Below are positions 13,803 through 26,563 of a DNA stretch of 64,000 bases, one piece after another; position 1 is the first letter of the stretch; each line of letters begins with the position of its first letter. The translations under genes and the position numbers were made by a program. Origin of the DNA: Octopus sinensis (taxonomy: Eukaryota); contig NC_043002.1 in the NCBI RefSeq assembly GCF_006345805.1, positions 41,044,001-41,108,000 of the forward strand. The letters are read 5' to 3'. The notes beneath the pieces are model-generated. The model made no database searches, was not told the origin of the DNA, and saw only the letters and a program-made list of their open reading frames with translations.

Positions 13803-14639
13803 TATGTACACGGATTACCAAACCACCCAAATTCAATTAGGAATACTTTAGTTACGAGTATTTCTATAACGATATCACTTTCTTCCAATAATAAGATATC
13901 TAGACATAATGCTGGATATTCTAATGAAGCCTTTAAACTTAGTGACTACGAACATTTGCGATCAATAAGTGATGAACATAGTTGATTGATTGATTGATTG
14001 AACAATTAACAATCGATTAGTTATTTGTTTAAACTGTTAAAAGAAGTGAAACAGAATGTATGTGTGTGTTTATTGTTGGCAAAATGACCCTCCCAAAATA
14101 AAAAATCTGTTTTAACTCACAATTTCATATCAAGAATCTTGCAAAATACAAGCATGAGATGTGGAGGGGGGGCGTGCGTGTGTTTGCGCGCGCGTGTGTG
14201 TGCCTGCTAGTATGTATGTATATATATATATATATATATATACATACATAATTAAGGATAAAATCAATTAATAATCTTATCAGTGGCCAGCACGAAATAA
14301 AAGCCATATAGGTAAAAATTAATATAAATACATAATTATATCTGTATGATTATATGATTATATGTGTGAGTGTGTATGTATGTATGAATACATACATACA
14401 TATATACATACATATTGTGTGCGTGCATATGTAGGTGAAGTGTAATTTGAATTGGTTTTTAGAGTCATTTGACGTCTATCTCTAGCAAGTAGGTGCTGTT
14501 TCTCAGTGTCCTTAATTCACTGAACAACAAAAAATTTTTATTGTCTGCTACCCAGACAAATGGTGCTGTACTTTACTAAATCGAGTACGCTGATTCCGAA
14601 TCTGAACTCAGAATTGCAATAGCACATGAGGATTTTGAT

Positions 14640-15093
14640 GTGCATAACCTGATATAATGATTTGGGATAGAGAAGAGAAACTGTGCATAGTTGTGGAAAT
14701 TAGTTGCCCAGATCAGTGAAAAAGAGACTACCTACGCCGAACTATTGAGAAATCTGCAGTTAGTCTATCCAGATTACTAGTTCAGATTTATACCTGTAAT
14801 TATTGCGGCACTGGGATATGTAACACACTGCCTAAATACCAATCTTGAGAAATTAAGCTTCACAAAACCAGAAAGGAGAATGCTAATTCGAAGACTACAG
14901 ATCCAATCCATCACTGGAACTGTAAAAATCTGTAAAACTTTCCAGAAGTTTATCATTTCAATAAATGTGAGCATGTTTAGATATGCAACTATATGCATAA
15001 GAATACGTACATAAAACAAAACATACAAATCTGCACAGATACACATACATACATACATACATACATGCATACATACATACATACATACATACA

Positions 15094-15127
<34 letters not shown>

Positions 15128-15245
15128 CAAGCAAGCAAAAATATCCTGCTGATTTTGAAATTCCAATGAAGGAGCCTTGAATCTAGGTTAGGAACCGGTT
15201 CTTTCTGTATTGGCAAGAAATCTTAAAATAAAACTGAACAATGAC
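14640..15245 (+). mobile_element. 3' end of an R4/Dong element: restriction-like endonuclease and 3' UTR
   Basis: PDIMIWDREEKLCIVVEISCP followed by FRFIPVIIAALGYVTHCLNTNLEKLSF...GTVKICKTFQKF, then (TACA)n, a tail of about 120 bp, and (TACA)n again. Confidence 0.75.
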
Positions 15246-15889
15246 ATACATACATACATACATACATACATACATACATACATACATACGGGCGTACCTA
15301 CCAACCAACCAACCAACCTTCCACATTGCAGATATTCTGTATTTTGGGACATTCGAAATATTTGTTGATATCTTAAAGAGCAAAAAATAAAAATAAAGAG
15401 AAGGAAAGAGAGCGAGAGGGAGAGAATGTTAGGCTGACTGGTAAAGATTATTGATCGAATTCTATAAAAGTCATTCAGTTTTGAAACAACTTTCGGAATA
15501 TGAATACATTAGTCGCTTAATTTTGGCGTTCATTGATAGCTTGGGGGTCTCGTTAAAATGTATTAGTCTTTCTATAACATCACAATGAGCCTGACATAGA
15601 CGTTTTTAACAATAAATCTCTTCGCACAATTACTTAAAAATAAGACACGCATCTATTTACACCAGGATAAAGCTCCTGCTGAATGAAATGTGTTTTAAAC
15701 ACGCAAAATAATTAGGCTTCGTCCTGGCACATTGCATTTCGGGCAAAACAACAGAAGTTATTTTCGATCTTGAAGCTGTTTTTGCTGCCAATCAAGATAA
15801 ACGAAGTTTACTTCGTATGCGCATACCTTTTTTTTTTCTTTCCTATTTTTTCTTTATGCTAACAATGTATTTATGTAGTGCTTTTCTCT

Positions 15890-16870
15890 AAGATATATAT
15901 ATATTATATATATATATATATATTATATATATATATATATATTATATATATATATATATATATATGTAAATGCATATATATACATACATACATACATACA
16001 TACACACACACATACACACATACACGCATGCACACATACATACATACATACACACACACATACACGCATGCACACATACATACATACACACACACACATA
16101 CATACATACATACACACACACTTACACACATACACACATACATACATACACACATACACACACATACATACATACACACATACATACACGCACACACACA
16201 TACACACATGCACATACACTTATACACACACATACTTACATACATTCATACGGACATACATACACACAGACATACACACATACACACTCACACATACATA
16301 CATACACACACACATACCTACATACACACTCGCGTGCACACGCACACACATGCATGCTCGCGCGCGCACGCACGCACACATACATACATGCATGCACGCA
16401 TGCCTGTGGGGTCTGGCTTTATTTCGGGCGTACGTCTGGGCATGTGCGTGTGTGCCTGTAGATTCGCATGCGCCCGCACCGCAAGACTCTTTTCCATCAA
16501 TCTTTCAGTTGCGAAGTGTGTCCTTGCATGCATATATATACACACATATAAACATATAAACACACATATAAGCCCCTACATTTGTACACACACGCACATA
16601 CATACATTCACTCCCACGCACGTACACACACACATTTACATATATATACAATACACGCACACACACATACACACGTACAAACACACACTAATTCACATAC
16701 ACACCGACACATATACATACACACAACATATACCTCCATGCGCACGCACACATACACATACGTACACACATATAAGCACAGACACACACATACATACGCA
16801 CACCAAAACATGCGACGCGCAAAAAGAAACTCACAACCCCACGGATACACGCATATACATCCATTTACGC
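15890..16870. repeat. Compound (TA)n/(CA)n/(TACA)n microsatellite field
   Basis: Low-complexity sequence; source of the His/Thr/Tyr-rich ORFs in the track. Confidence 0.95.
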
Positions 16871-16871
16871 T

Positions 16872-18230
16872 TACACACACACACACACATACAAACGCAC
16901 ACACAACTACACGCACATACATACACACGCACATGCACACACACACAAATGAACCCACACATACATCCCATACGGCACACAACCATACATACACGCACAC
17001 ACATACATACACGCAGACACATACATACACGCACACACATACATACACGCACACAATTATACATACGTATATATACACACACACGCACGTACAAGTACAC
17101 ACGCACACATACACTAAGTTAAGCACAGTTACTCGCCATACACACAAAAAAACGCACACGTACACACACACATACTACAACAAAACACACACACGATACA
17201 TATACACGCACACACACATACCTCCCTGTTTTTGACCTGCCTTTCTGACTTGCTAGGGTACCCCTACACCACTCCTTAATTCTACTACTGCCTGCTACTA
17301 GCCATTGTCCACCATACACACACACACACACACACACATACAAACGCACACATACACGCACACACAACTACACGCACATACATACACACGCACATGCACA
17401 CACACACAAATGAACCCACACATACATCCCATACGGCACACAACCATACATACACGCACACACATACATACACGCACACACATACATACACGCACACACA
17501 TACATACACGCACACAATTATACATACGTATATATACACACACACGCACGTACAAGTACACACGCACACATACACTAAGTTAAGCACAGTTACTCGCCAT
17601 ACACACAAAAAAACGCACACGTACACACACACATACTACAACAAAACACACACACGATACATATACACGCACACACACATACCTCCCTGTTTCTGACCTG
17701 CCTTTCTGACTTGCTAGGGTACACCTACACCACTCCTTAATTCTACTACTGTCCTGCTACTAGCCATTGTCCACCATACACACACACACACACACATACA
17801 AACGCACACATACACGCACACACAACTACACGCACATACATACACACGCACATGCACACACACACAAATGAACCCACACATACATCCCATACGGCACACA
17901 ACCATACATACACGCACACACATACATACACGCACACACATACATACCGCACACACATACATACACGCACACAATTATACATACGTATATATACACACAC
18001 ACGCACGTACAAGTACACACGCACACATACACTAAGTTAAGCACAGTTACTCGCCATACACACAAAAAAACGCACACGTACACACACACATACTACAACA
18101 AAACACACACACGATACATATACACGCACACACACATACCTCCCTGTTTCTGACCTGCCTTTCTGACTTGCTAGGGTACACCTACACCACTCCTTAATTC
18201 TACTACTGCCTGCTACTAGCCATTGTCCAC

Positions 18231-18233
<3 letters not shown>
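16872..18233. repeat. Three tandem copies of a 444-462 bp unit built from degenerate CA repeats plus a unique tail
   Basis: Each unit ends ...ctgctactagccattgtccaccat, at 17315, 17777 and 18233. Confidence 0.92.
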
Positions 18234-18268
<35 letters not shown>

Positions 18269-18299
18269 CTCACACACACACACACACTTGTCATCTCGC

Positions 18300-18580
18300 A
18301 CACCTTTTTTTACCATTCCTTCTTTGATTCAGCTCTCTTGTTTTCCTCCATTTTTACCACTTCCGCCTTTTTAGTATGTGACCTCGTGAATACTACCTGC
18401 AATTTTTTTTCCTCTGTCCTCCCATCTCGGGATCTTTCTTTCTCCTATGTTTCCGACGAAGAGCTCCGCTCGAAACGTCAAACCCTCCTTCTTCCCTTCT
18501 TTCCTGAGCGTCCAATAATACTTTATTTCTTCCACATCCTTGCGTTGTTGTCTTTTTGTTTTCTTGTTTGGATTAACTTT
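18300..18580 (+). mobile_element. Penelope-type pseudo-LTR fragment
   Basis: Pyrimidine-rich repeat carrying a minimal hammerhead motif and ending at a (TA)n run. Confidence 0.55.
18449..18483 (+). ncRNA. Minimal type I hammerhead ribozyme motif (U4C core variant)
   Basis: GTTT-CCGACGA-A-GAGC tcc GCTC-GAAAC-GTC-AAAC: stem I 4 bp, stem II 4 bp, palindromic ACGT stem III, GUC cleavage triplet. Confidence 0.7.
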
Positions 18581-18629
18581 ATATATATATATATATATAT
18601 ATATCTATACAATATGTTACATTACTCGG

Positions 18630-18703
18630 TAGTCAAGATAAAACTCTGAGTTTCAGATGCCGAAGTGGAAATCCACAACACCATCTCTTCGGTTATCTGG
18701 CTA
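18630..18703 (-). ncRNA. Hammerhead ribozyme motif in the sense pseudo-LTR
   Basis: GATAA-CCGAAGA-GATG...CATC-T-GAAA-CTC A GAG-TT-TTATC. One extra U precedes GAAA. Confidence 0.6.
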
Positions 18704-18902
18704 TTTGAAAACGTTATGAAAAAATACCGTTAAAAATGAAGGGAAATTACTCTGTTATAACTCTGCTTTGCCTGCGTACTTATACATCGCTCGCATTTTT
18801 CGTCATAAAAATTATATAAAAATACATAAAAATATATAAAAATATATAAAAATATATAAAAATATATAAAATCTTCTTGGGACATAACACAGAAAACATG
18901 TT

Positions 18903-19315
18903 CTATCCGTTTTCTTTAGGGGACCAAAAACGTAACAGAAATTTAGTCACATGTGGGCATAATCCGAAAAGCTCTGTCCTTGTATTTAGACATGTGGTAG
19001 GGTCTAAGCTGCTTTTCCAGATAAGCCATCTCTCCATGTCGCATAAACCGCACCTTCCGCTGCCGTTAGTGTAGGGCTTACATCTGGCCAAAATCTTCCA
19101 TTGTATGTTATAATCGACACCTTATCTCTTAAAGACCAAATATGATTGGATAATTGTGTCGCTTTTCTTTTGTTCCAGTGCCTAAAGCTCAAAGTGTGGT
19201 TATTGAACCTGGCCTTGAAATTACCCTCTGTCAGGCCCACGTATTTCTTCGTCGAAACGGTGTCTTTAGTGGTTATAGAGTTTACGGTAGCTTCATATAT
19301 GATGGTCTTGGACAT
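18903..19315 (-). pseudogene. Penelope GIY-YIG endonuclease domain with one frameshift near 19121
   Basis: IIYEATV..KYVGLTEGNFKARFNNHTLSF..LSNHIWSL, then a frame change to DYNIQWKILARCKPY..CGLC..LNTRTEL..CPH. Confidence 0.9.
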
Positions 19316-19503
19316 GCATGCTTTCTGTGTTATGTCCCAAGAAGATTTTACATATTTTTATATATTTTTATATATTTTTATGTATTTTTATATAATTTTT
19401 ATGACGAAAAATGCGAGCGATGTATAAGTACGCAGGCAAAGCAGAGTTATAACAGAGTAATTTCCCTTCATTTTTAACGGTATTTTTTCATAACGTTTTC
19501 AAA

Positions 19504-19577
19504 TAGCCGGATAACCGAAGAGATGGTGTTGTGGATTTCCACTTCGGCATCTGAAACTCAGAGTTTTATCTTAACTA
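19504..19577 (+). ncRNA. Hammerhead ribozyme motif in the inverted pseudo-LTR
   Basis: Same motif as 18630-18703: core CCGAAGA at 19515-19521, GAAA at 19553-19556. Confidence 0.6.
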
Positions 19578-19693
19578 CCGAGTAATGTAACATATTGTAT
19601 AGATAAATTTCCTCTATTTACATAATATTGAGGTCTCTTTCTTTCTTTTGTTATCTTACCGTTTTATCAATATATATATATATATTATATATA

Positions 19694-19725
<32 letters not shown>

Positions 19726-19726
<1 letters not shown>

Positions 19727-19885
19727 CACGACGGGCTTCTTTCAGTTTCCGTCTACCAAATCCACTAACAAGTTTTTTTCGCCGGCCCGAGGCTATCGTA
19801 AAAGACACTTGCCCAAGATATCACGCAGTGGGACTGAACTCGGAACTATGTGGTTGGGAAGTTAGCTTCTTAGCACACAGCCACG
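19726..19885 (-). mobile_element. SINE family D, 5' half
   Basis: Collinear with the 5' half of 21303-21715. Confidence 0.8.
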
Positions 19886-19888
19886 TAC

Positions 19889-19936
<48 letters not shown>

Positions 19937-20002
19937 ATATATATATATATATTATATATAATATATATATATATATTATATATATATATATTTATATATA
20001 TA

Positions 20003-20052
<50 letters not shown>

Positions 20053-20252
20053 ATAAACATCAGAGTAGTAAGTTTCGCAAGACAATACTAGAACACCGAA
20101 TTACTTTATTTAGTTTACATACACACACGCACACACACACACACACATACACACAAACACACACACACACACATACACACAAACACACACACACCACCGC
20201 ACAACACACACCACACATGCATGCACATGCACACATGCATACAAGTTTGTAT

Positions 20253-20715
20253 ATACAGGTGTGGTTGTGTTAGAAGCTTGCTTCCCAGCCAGATGATTTC
20301 AGGCTCAGTCCCGCTGCATAGCGCCTTGTGCAAGTGTCTTTTACTACAGCTTCAGGCAAACCAAAGCCTCGTGAATGAATTTGGTAGACGGAAAATGAAA
20401 GAAGCCCGTCGTGTGTGTGTGTGTTGTGTGTGTGTGTGTGTGCATGCGTGTGTGCGTGTTTTTGTGTGTGTGTGTGTGTGTGTCTGTCTGTCTTTGTGTC
20501 CGTGTTTTTCCCTTCCTCATCACTGCTTCACACCGGTGTTGGTGTCTTGACGTCCCCGTAATGTAGAGGTCCAGTAAAAGAGACCGATAAAATAAATGCT
20601 AGACTTAAAAAAAATAAGTCCCGGGGTCGATTTTCTCTACTAAAACCCTTCAGGGTGGTGCTCCAACATGACTGCAGTCAGATAACTGCAATGAGTAAAA
20701 GAATAAGAAATTAAA
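20253..20715 (+). mobile_element. SINE family D, diverged full-length copy
   Basis: tRNA-like head, ccttgtgcaagtgtctt core, internal (GT)n, and catgactgcagtca...gtaaaagaataag tail. Confidence 0.8.
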
Positions 20716-20782
20716 AGAATAAAATATAAATATTTTTAATTATTCCTTTTTTTTTATAAAGCCAAAACAAATTATAAGAAAT

Positions 20783-20956
20783 TATACGGGTCAATGGTTT
20801 GTGCTCTTACCGTGTACTTCAATATTTCAGGATCAGGACTTCTTCAGAAAATCTTCGGTTTCATGTATGTATACGGGTCAATGGTTTGTGCTCTTACCGT
20901 GTACTTCAATATTTCAGGATCAGGACTTTTTCAGAAAATCTTCGGTTTCATGTATG
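20783..20956. repeat. 87-bp direct tandem duplication
   Basis: Units at 20783-20869 and 20870-20956 are nearly identical and are followed by (TGTA)n. Confidence 0.92.
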
Positions 20957-21302
20957 TATGTATGTATGTATGTATGTATGTATGTATGTATGTATGTATG
21001 TATGTATGTATGTATGTATGTATGTATGTATGTATGTATATGTCAGCCAGTTACCCTCATACGTTTGTATACCACCAACGTCAACCTTGCTTTTATTTAG
21101 GCACACTCGACAAAATAAGGACCCGGATATTGCAAGGATTGAATCAGTTAAAAATTACCCAGTCCCACTTCATAAGTATGCTGATGTCCTGAATAAAAAT
21201 AAACTGTCGTATGAAAAAGTTAAGAGTTCCCCAACGTTAAAAGTAAATCAGGCTTTATCAGGTGGAAAATTTCCCGGACATGCCTTCTGAATGAAACGTA
21301 TA

Positions 21303-21715
21303 TACTCTTTTACTCTTTTATTCTTTTACTTGTTTCAGTCATTTGACTGCGGCCATGCTGGAGCACCGCCTTTAGTCGAGCAACTTGACCCCGGGACTTA
21401 TTCTTTTTGTAAGCCCAGTACTTATTTTATCGGTCTCTTTTCGCCGAACCGCCAAGTGACGGGGACGTAAACACACCAGCATCGGTTGTCAAGCAATGCT
21501 AGGGAACAAACACAGACACACAAACACACACACATACATATATATATATATACATATACGACAGGCTTCTTTCAGTTTCCGTCTACCAAATCCTCTCACA
21601 AGGCATTGGTCGGCCCGGGGCTATAGCAGAAGACCTTTGCCCAAGATGCCACGCATGAACCCGGAACCATGTGGTTGGTTAGCAAGCTACTTACCACACA
21701 GCCACTCCTGCGCCT
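21303..21715 (-). mobile_element. tRNA-headed SINE, family D (about 410 bp, internal microsatellite)
   Basis: The reverse complement starts ggcgcaggagtggctgtgtggtaag and ends with an (AGAGTAAA)-like tail. Confidence 0.9.
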
Positions 21716-21721
21716 ATGTAT

Positions 21722-22035
21722 ATAAATCTTTTTTATTTTTTATATTTATGCGCCCTTTTCAAAGCCTAGCCAGGTTCATGGGCCCGGTTTCCCGGTTTCT
21801 ATGGCGTATGTATTCCTCCCAGCTGGACAGGGACACCAGTCCATCGCAGCATTACTCAAGAAACAGGAAGAAAGAGTGAGAGAAAGTTGGGGCGAAAGAG
21901 TACAACAGGGGTCGCCACCACCCCCTGCCGGAGCCTCGTGGAGCTTTAGTGGTTTTCGCTCAATAAACGCACACAACGCCCGGTCTGGGAATCGAAACTG
22001 CGATTCTCCGACCACGAGTCCGCTGCCCTAACCAC
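21722..22035 (-). mobile_element. Hybrid SINE (family B head, family C tail)
   Basis: The B-type 5' body switches to the C-type tail at gagtaatgctgcgatggactgg. Confidence 0.75.
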
Positions 22036-22156
22036 TGTGCCTCCATATATATATATATAAGTTCAGTAAAAATTTAGATTCAGTTGAATATGGTACTTAA
22101 GTTAAAGGCACCAGGATTTAGTATGGTATTATCCATATAATTCAAAATGGGGTGAT

Positions 22157-22455
22157 TATAATCAAAATAAGCAACAAGGATATCCAGAGGTAATGCAGTA
22201 CGATCGTTTCATGCGACTCCATTTAATGGAACAATGTTAGTATTACATCAGTTTTAAAATGTAGAGCAATCCATTAATAGAATAACTATAAAAATGAATC
22301 TTTTAAATTTAACTAAATTCTATATTTGTATGCAGCTGAAGATTGCTCTACATTTTTAAACTGATGTAATACTTTCATTGCTCAATTGAATGGAGTCGCA
22401 TGAAACGATCGTACTGCATTACCTCTGGATATCCTTGTTGCTTATTTTGATTATA
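22157..22455. mobile_element. Inverted pseudo-LTR pair (arms 22157-22271 and 22341-22455)
   Basis: Inverted arms of about 115 bp, read directly; a hammerhead overlaps the right arm. Confidence 0.8.
22330..22419 (+). ncRNA. Type I hammerhead motif with a long stem II insertion
   Basis: ATGCAG-CTGAAGA-ttgc..(about 50 nt)..gcat-GAAAC-GATC-GTA-CTGCAT: 6-bp stem I, palindromic ACGATCGT stem III, GUA triplet. Confidence 0.7.
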
Positions 22456-22559
22456 TATACAAGCTAAAATTTAAAGTCGTGAACCCATACCCCACCGAAT
22501 TTCTGCAAGAGCAGCAAACTCTAGCGCCGACCCGGACGGCATACATTCTAGCTACGTCA

Positions 22560-22840
22560 CTGCCTCGCGGTCGGAGAATCGCGGTTTCGATTTCCAGACC
22601 GGATGTTGTGTCTGTTTATTGAGCGAAAACACCTAAAGGCTCCACGAGGCTCCGGCATGGGGGGGGGGGGGGTAGCGCCCCCTGTTGTACTCTTTCGTCA
22701 CAACTTTCTCTCACTCTCTCTTCCTGTTTCTCGAGTAACGTTGCGATGGACTGGCGTCTCGTCCAGCTGGCGGGAACACATACGCCAGAGAAACCGGGAA
22801 ACCGGGCCCATCAGCCTGACTAGGCTTGAAAAGGGCGACG
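22560..22840 (+). mobile_element. Hybrid SINE (family B head, family C tail), 5'-eroded
   Basis: Same B-to-C junction (gagtaacgttgcgatggactgg) as 21722-22035. Confidence 0.75.
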
Positions 22841-22929
22841 TTATTATATTCTCGGGTCACTCTATCTTTATTCACAATACTGCGTATATGTTTTCATCAA
22901 TGCCTTAGTAATTGTAATTTTCTTTGTGT

Positions 22930-25100
22930 GGAACAGGAGAGGTAGTGAGACCGTTGATGCACTGAAATGGGGCACTGATTTTCCACGTTCAACAACCAAA
23001 GACGAACATTACGTTTTGACTAAATTTCATTCCTATGTCAGTTGAAAATGTGAACTAACTCCAGCTGTGTTTTTGACATTGTTAAACATGTTTAGCATAT
23101 TCCTTCAGGTCATCCACAAAGAAATTAAGGGTTACGTTAATATCCCTAGCAGTTGCAGACCTTAGCATGTAGCTATTTGATTTTTGTGGTAGGAATTTCC
23201 TTCAAATATTCCCTTTGAAATATTTATAACACTGGAGACGAGCGTCCCGCTCTCAGTTGTAAGTATGAGTATTGTTCCTCGGGTCTTTGTGAGTCTCTCA
23301 ATTAAGGTAGCAGGTTATTTTACGAAACGTAGATAAGCCAGCAACCACTAATGGGGAATAGAGTCGTATGCTTTCCTATAATCAAGCCATACAGTCGCAA
23401 AGCTTCTATTGCGTTTTCTTATTTCACACCGTATAGTTTTGTTTATCAAAAGTTGTTTGGCACATCCTTTCACTCCCTTCTTTCCACCTGTCAGCTCACC
23501 AGTCACTACGTGAATCTGGAGGAATTGGTTGAAGCAACTTATGTATAATATTTAGGCACGGAATGGACCTATAGTTTTCTTGCAACTCGATGGTTTCATT
23601 CTTGGCCGCAAGATTCGCCCATGCTATAGCAAGCCAATTTGGCATTTCAATCTGACCTTTCATAGACCTTTGAATATATATCAATGGTTTTCTGCAAAAT
23701 GTTAGCTTTTTATACCAGCACCCAACTATTTGGTCTCTTCCAGGCACTTTCTTATTATGCAGTTTGCCTACAGCTACAGTGAAAGTTTCTGGGTCAATTA
23801 TGCATGTTTTGCTGCGGATGTTGGTACAGTATTTTTTCTCCTTATTGCATTGAAGTTGAAATCCATCTTTCCGCCCCAGATTTTAAACCTGACTGATTCA
23901 AGATCTTCTTGAGAGGGGACTTTCAATAACAGTAATGTTTTCCTTCATCTTTCTGTATAATGCCTGTAAGCTGGAAGCAAACCTGTGATTTATACAGGCT
24001 CGATCAAAACTTCGTCTGCGGCAGCGGAGTTTTTCGTTCAGCATCCTGAGTTCGTTCTTTGGAGTAAATAACTTTCCTTGAAGGGCTTGGTGTGAAGAGA
24101 CACCTTAGAGCTTTGTTATTTTTTTCCATAAGTTGTAATTGGTGAGGTATAAACTCATTCCTCTTACATTTTATTACCGTGGTTAACAATCCGATATGTC
24201 GGCGCAAATTGTTGATGTTTTCTTCATCTAAGTGGCCTCCTTTAGTAATTTCATTGCCATGTATACTGCAGATTTCTCTAAGGTGTTCTTTAAGAGTGAT
24301 AGCAGCTGTGTGTATGAGGGTATTAATATTCCAGTAATAACCATCACATGATTCCATGTGCTCTCCAGCGACATCGTCAATAGCTTTCAACATTAGAACA
24401 GTTGTATTTTTCCTTAATCATATAAAGAATGGCTTGCCGCTCGACAATAGTTCGGAAAGATAGAAAAGTTTTCTACGAACTGTGGTTTCAAGAAGTTTCT
24501 AAGTTGAATATATTCCCCAGTTGTCTCTGTTGACTCAACTATATTTGGAGATACACGAGAATTTAGTGATGCAACTGCGGCTTGTTTACATTATTTTCGA
24601 TGTCTCTTCTTGCCAATTATCAGTGTTTTGAGAAGATAGATGAGCACCACGGAAGCAAGCCAGTTTTTTATTTATTTTTTCAAGTAATCTGTTTGTAGAC
24701 AAAGCTCTTTTGCCGTAATGGTGTTCAAGTTGGAGTGAGCTTCATCCTAGTATTTTTAACCGCTTCGTATACAATAGCGGATCTACAATATTGAAACCCT
24801 GAAGCTTAAAATGTTATGCTCCCCTCCTATTCAGTTAGCAACAGTTGGATAACATCCAACAAGGATCAAAGAATTTTCTTACCCTTGCAAGGAACTGCAG
24901 CCTTGAGGCCCTGATAGCCAAAATGGTGAAGTAGTTATGTGGAGTCCTTAAAGATGAGTCTCTTAGTGAGTCCTCTTTTCACCAGAAAGAAAATGTGCGC
25001 GAGTACCGACATCTTTGTGGTTGTTCCATGGCAGAACACCGCAATTTCCTTTTCAAATTTAAGCACGACATTCCAGATTGTGATACTCAAAGTCACTGGT
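22930..25100 (-). mobile_element. Decayed R4/Dong-type non-LTR retrotransposon (N-terminal region plus RT)
   Basis: PGRDQIVGCWYKKL, MPNWL, NYRSIPCLN, GGKKGVKGCAKQLLINK, WLDYRKAYDSIPH (23351-23389), FFVDDLK (23103-23123) and DIGMKF occur in order, with many stops and frameshifts. The 5' limit is uncertain. Confidence 0.88.
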
Positions 25101-25419
25101 GTGAACAAATATTTTCCACGCTATGCCTTATACTTTTAGAGTATAAGGGAAGCATTATATACATGCATAATGCATCATAGAATAAAGACAAAACATAACA
25201 AACACCACAGTTGATATAATCTAATATTAATCTTATATTTAAGACACATATGAAAATTACAAAATACTCTTTTTTTTTCTGTGTTTTTCTTTTATAGCAA
25301 CGTATTCCCTTACAGTTTTGTCATATGAGAGCATCCTTGCAATATCATTTTCTAGAGACATTATACATTTAGGCTTCTCAAAAATGGTCCTTTACACCAA
25401 CACGTCTGATGTTATGTAG

Positions 25420-25452
<33 letters not shown>

Positions 25453-25483
25453 TGTATGTATGTATGTATGTATGTATGTATAA

Positions 25484-25592
25484 TTACTTTTGGGCGATTT
25501 TGCGAGGCTGGAACGGATTAATTATATTTTAGTAAATTTCAATGGGAAAAATTGAATTGTAAAACGAGTAAATCGTAAAACGAGGTATCACT

Positions 25593-25593
<1 letters not shown>
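25484..25593 (-). mobile_element. Tigger/pogo-like terminal fragment
   Basis: The reverse complement begins TA|cagtgatacctcgttttacga. Confidence 0.45.
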
Positions 25594-25679
<86 letters not shown>

Positions 25680-26183
25680 GTGTATATATATATATATGCA
25701 TACATCCATATATATATATATATATACATACACATATGTATGTGTGTGGGTGGGTGTTATAGCGGAAACTTTTGGACCATGCTTGCATTTTAAATTCCGA
25801 AATTTTTTTGAGATATGCATAGCGACACCACAGTCAGAAACCAATAGCCAAGGCCGAAGTAAGATAATCGTTTACCTTCGTGGTGTTTTGATGACCGCAA
25901 GATGGCAGCGCGGCCGAAGATCGATGGACAACGGCAAAAATAAATAATCACCTAGGGTTTTACTGTTAAAAACGAGGCTTTCCACCTCTATATTGCAAGG
26001 AGGTCTCAGGCCAGCAGTGTTTGGGGTCTGAAGATGCGCGGTAAGGCTAAACCCTTTATGAGCGAGAAACCCAGGTTAACCCCATAAACCGGCCTACCTC
26101 ACTATAATATTAACTGCTCTACATTTTAGAGTGTGCTTCTCCGGATTTATGTATTTCTACAAACGATTCTATATATATGTATA

Positions 26184-26214
<31 letters not shown>

Positions 26215-26226
26215 CTATATATATAT

Positions 26227-26271
<45 letters not shown>

Positions 26272-26316
26272 ATATATATATACATACACACACAACACAC
26301 ACACATATATATATAT

Positions 26317-26563
26317 ATTAAATTAGAGATAAAACCACTATTAGGCAAATCAAACTGTGAAAAACATAAACCAAAATATAAAAATAAAATTAATTAAAAA
26401 TTCAAATTATTTAAATTTAGAGTTAAAATTAAAAAAATTTTTTTAAATATTAATAATTTTTTTTAAATATTAATTTTATCTCTAATTTAATATATATATT
26501 TATACTGTAAAATTAGATTTAATCCTAAATCTAATTTTTCCCTGTAAGTTTAGATTTACTCCC

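Larger units (their letters stand above)
18602..19605 (-). mobile_element. 5'-truncated Penelope-like element with inverted pseudo-LTRs
   Basis: Near-identical inverted repeats at 18602-18900 and 19317-19605 flank a GIY-YIG coding segment. Confidence 0.92.

Noticed and set aside
15160-15210. Hammerhead-like pattern in the Dong 3' tail (CCAATGA...GGAAC-CG-GTT)
   Set aside because: Both core boxes are altered and stem I does not close.
15878-17235. 414-aa and other long His/Thr/Tyr- or Val/Cys-rich ORFs
   Set aside because: They are translations of CA/TACA microsatellites, which lack stop codons. They are not genes.
16872-18233. Regularly spaced repeats suggestive of a CRISPR array
   Set aside because: The units are about 460 bp with identical interiors, there are no unique spacers or cas genes, and the context is eukaryotic.
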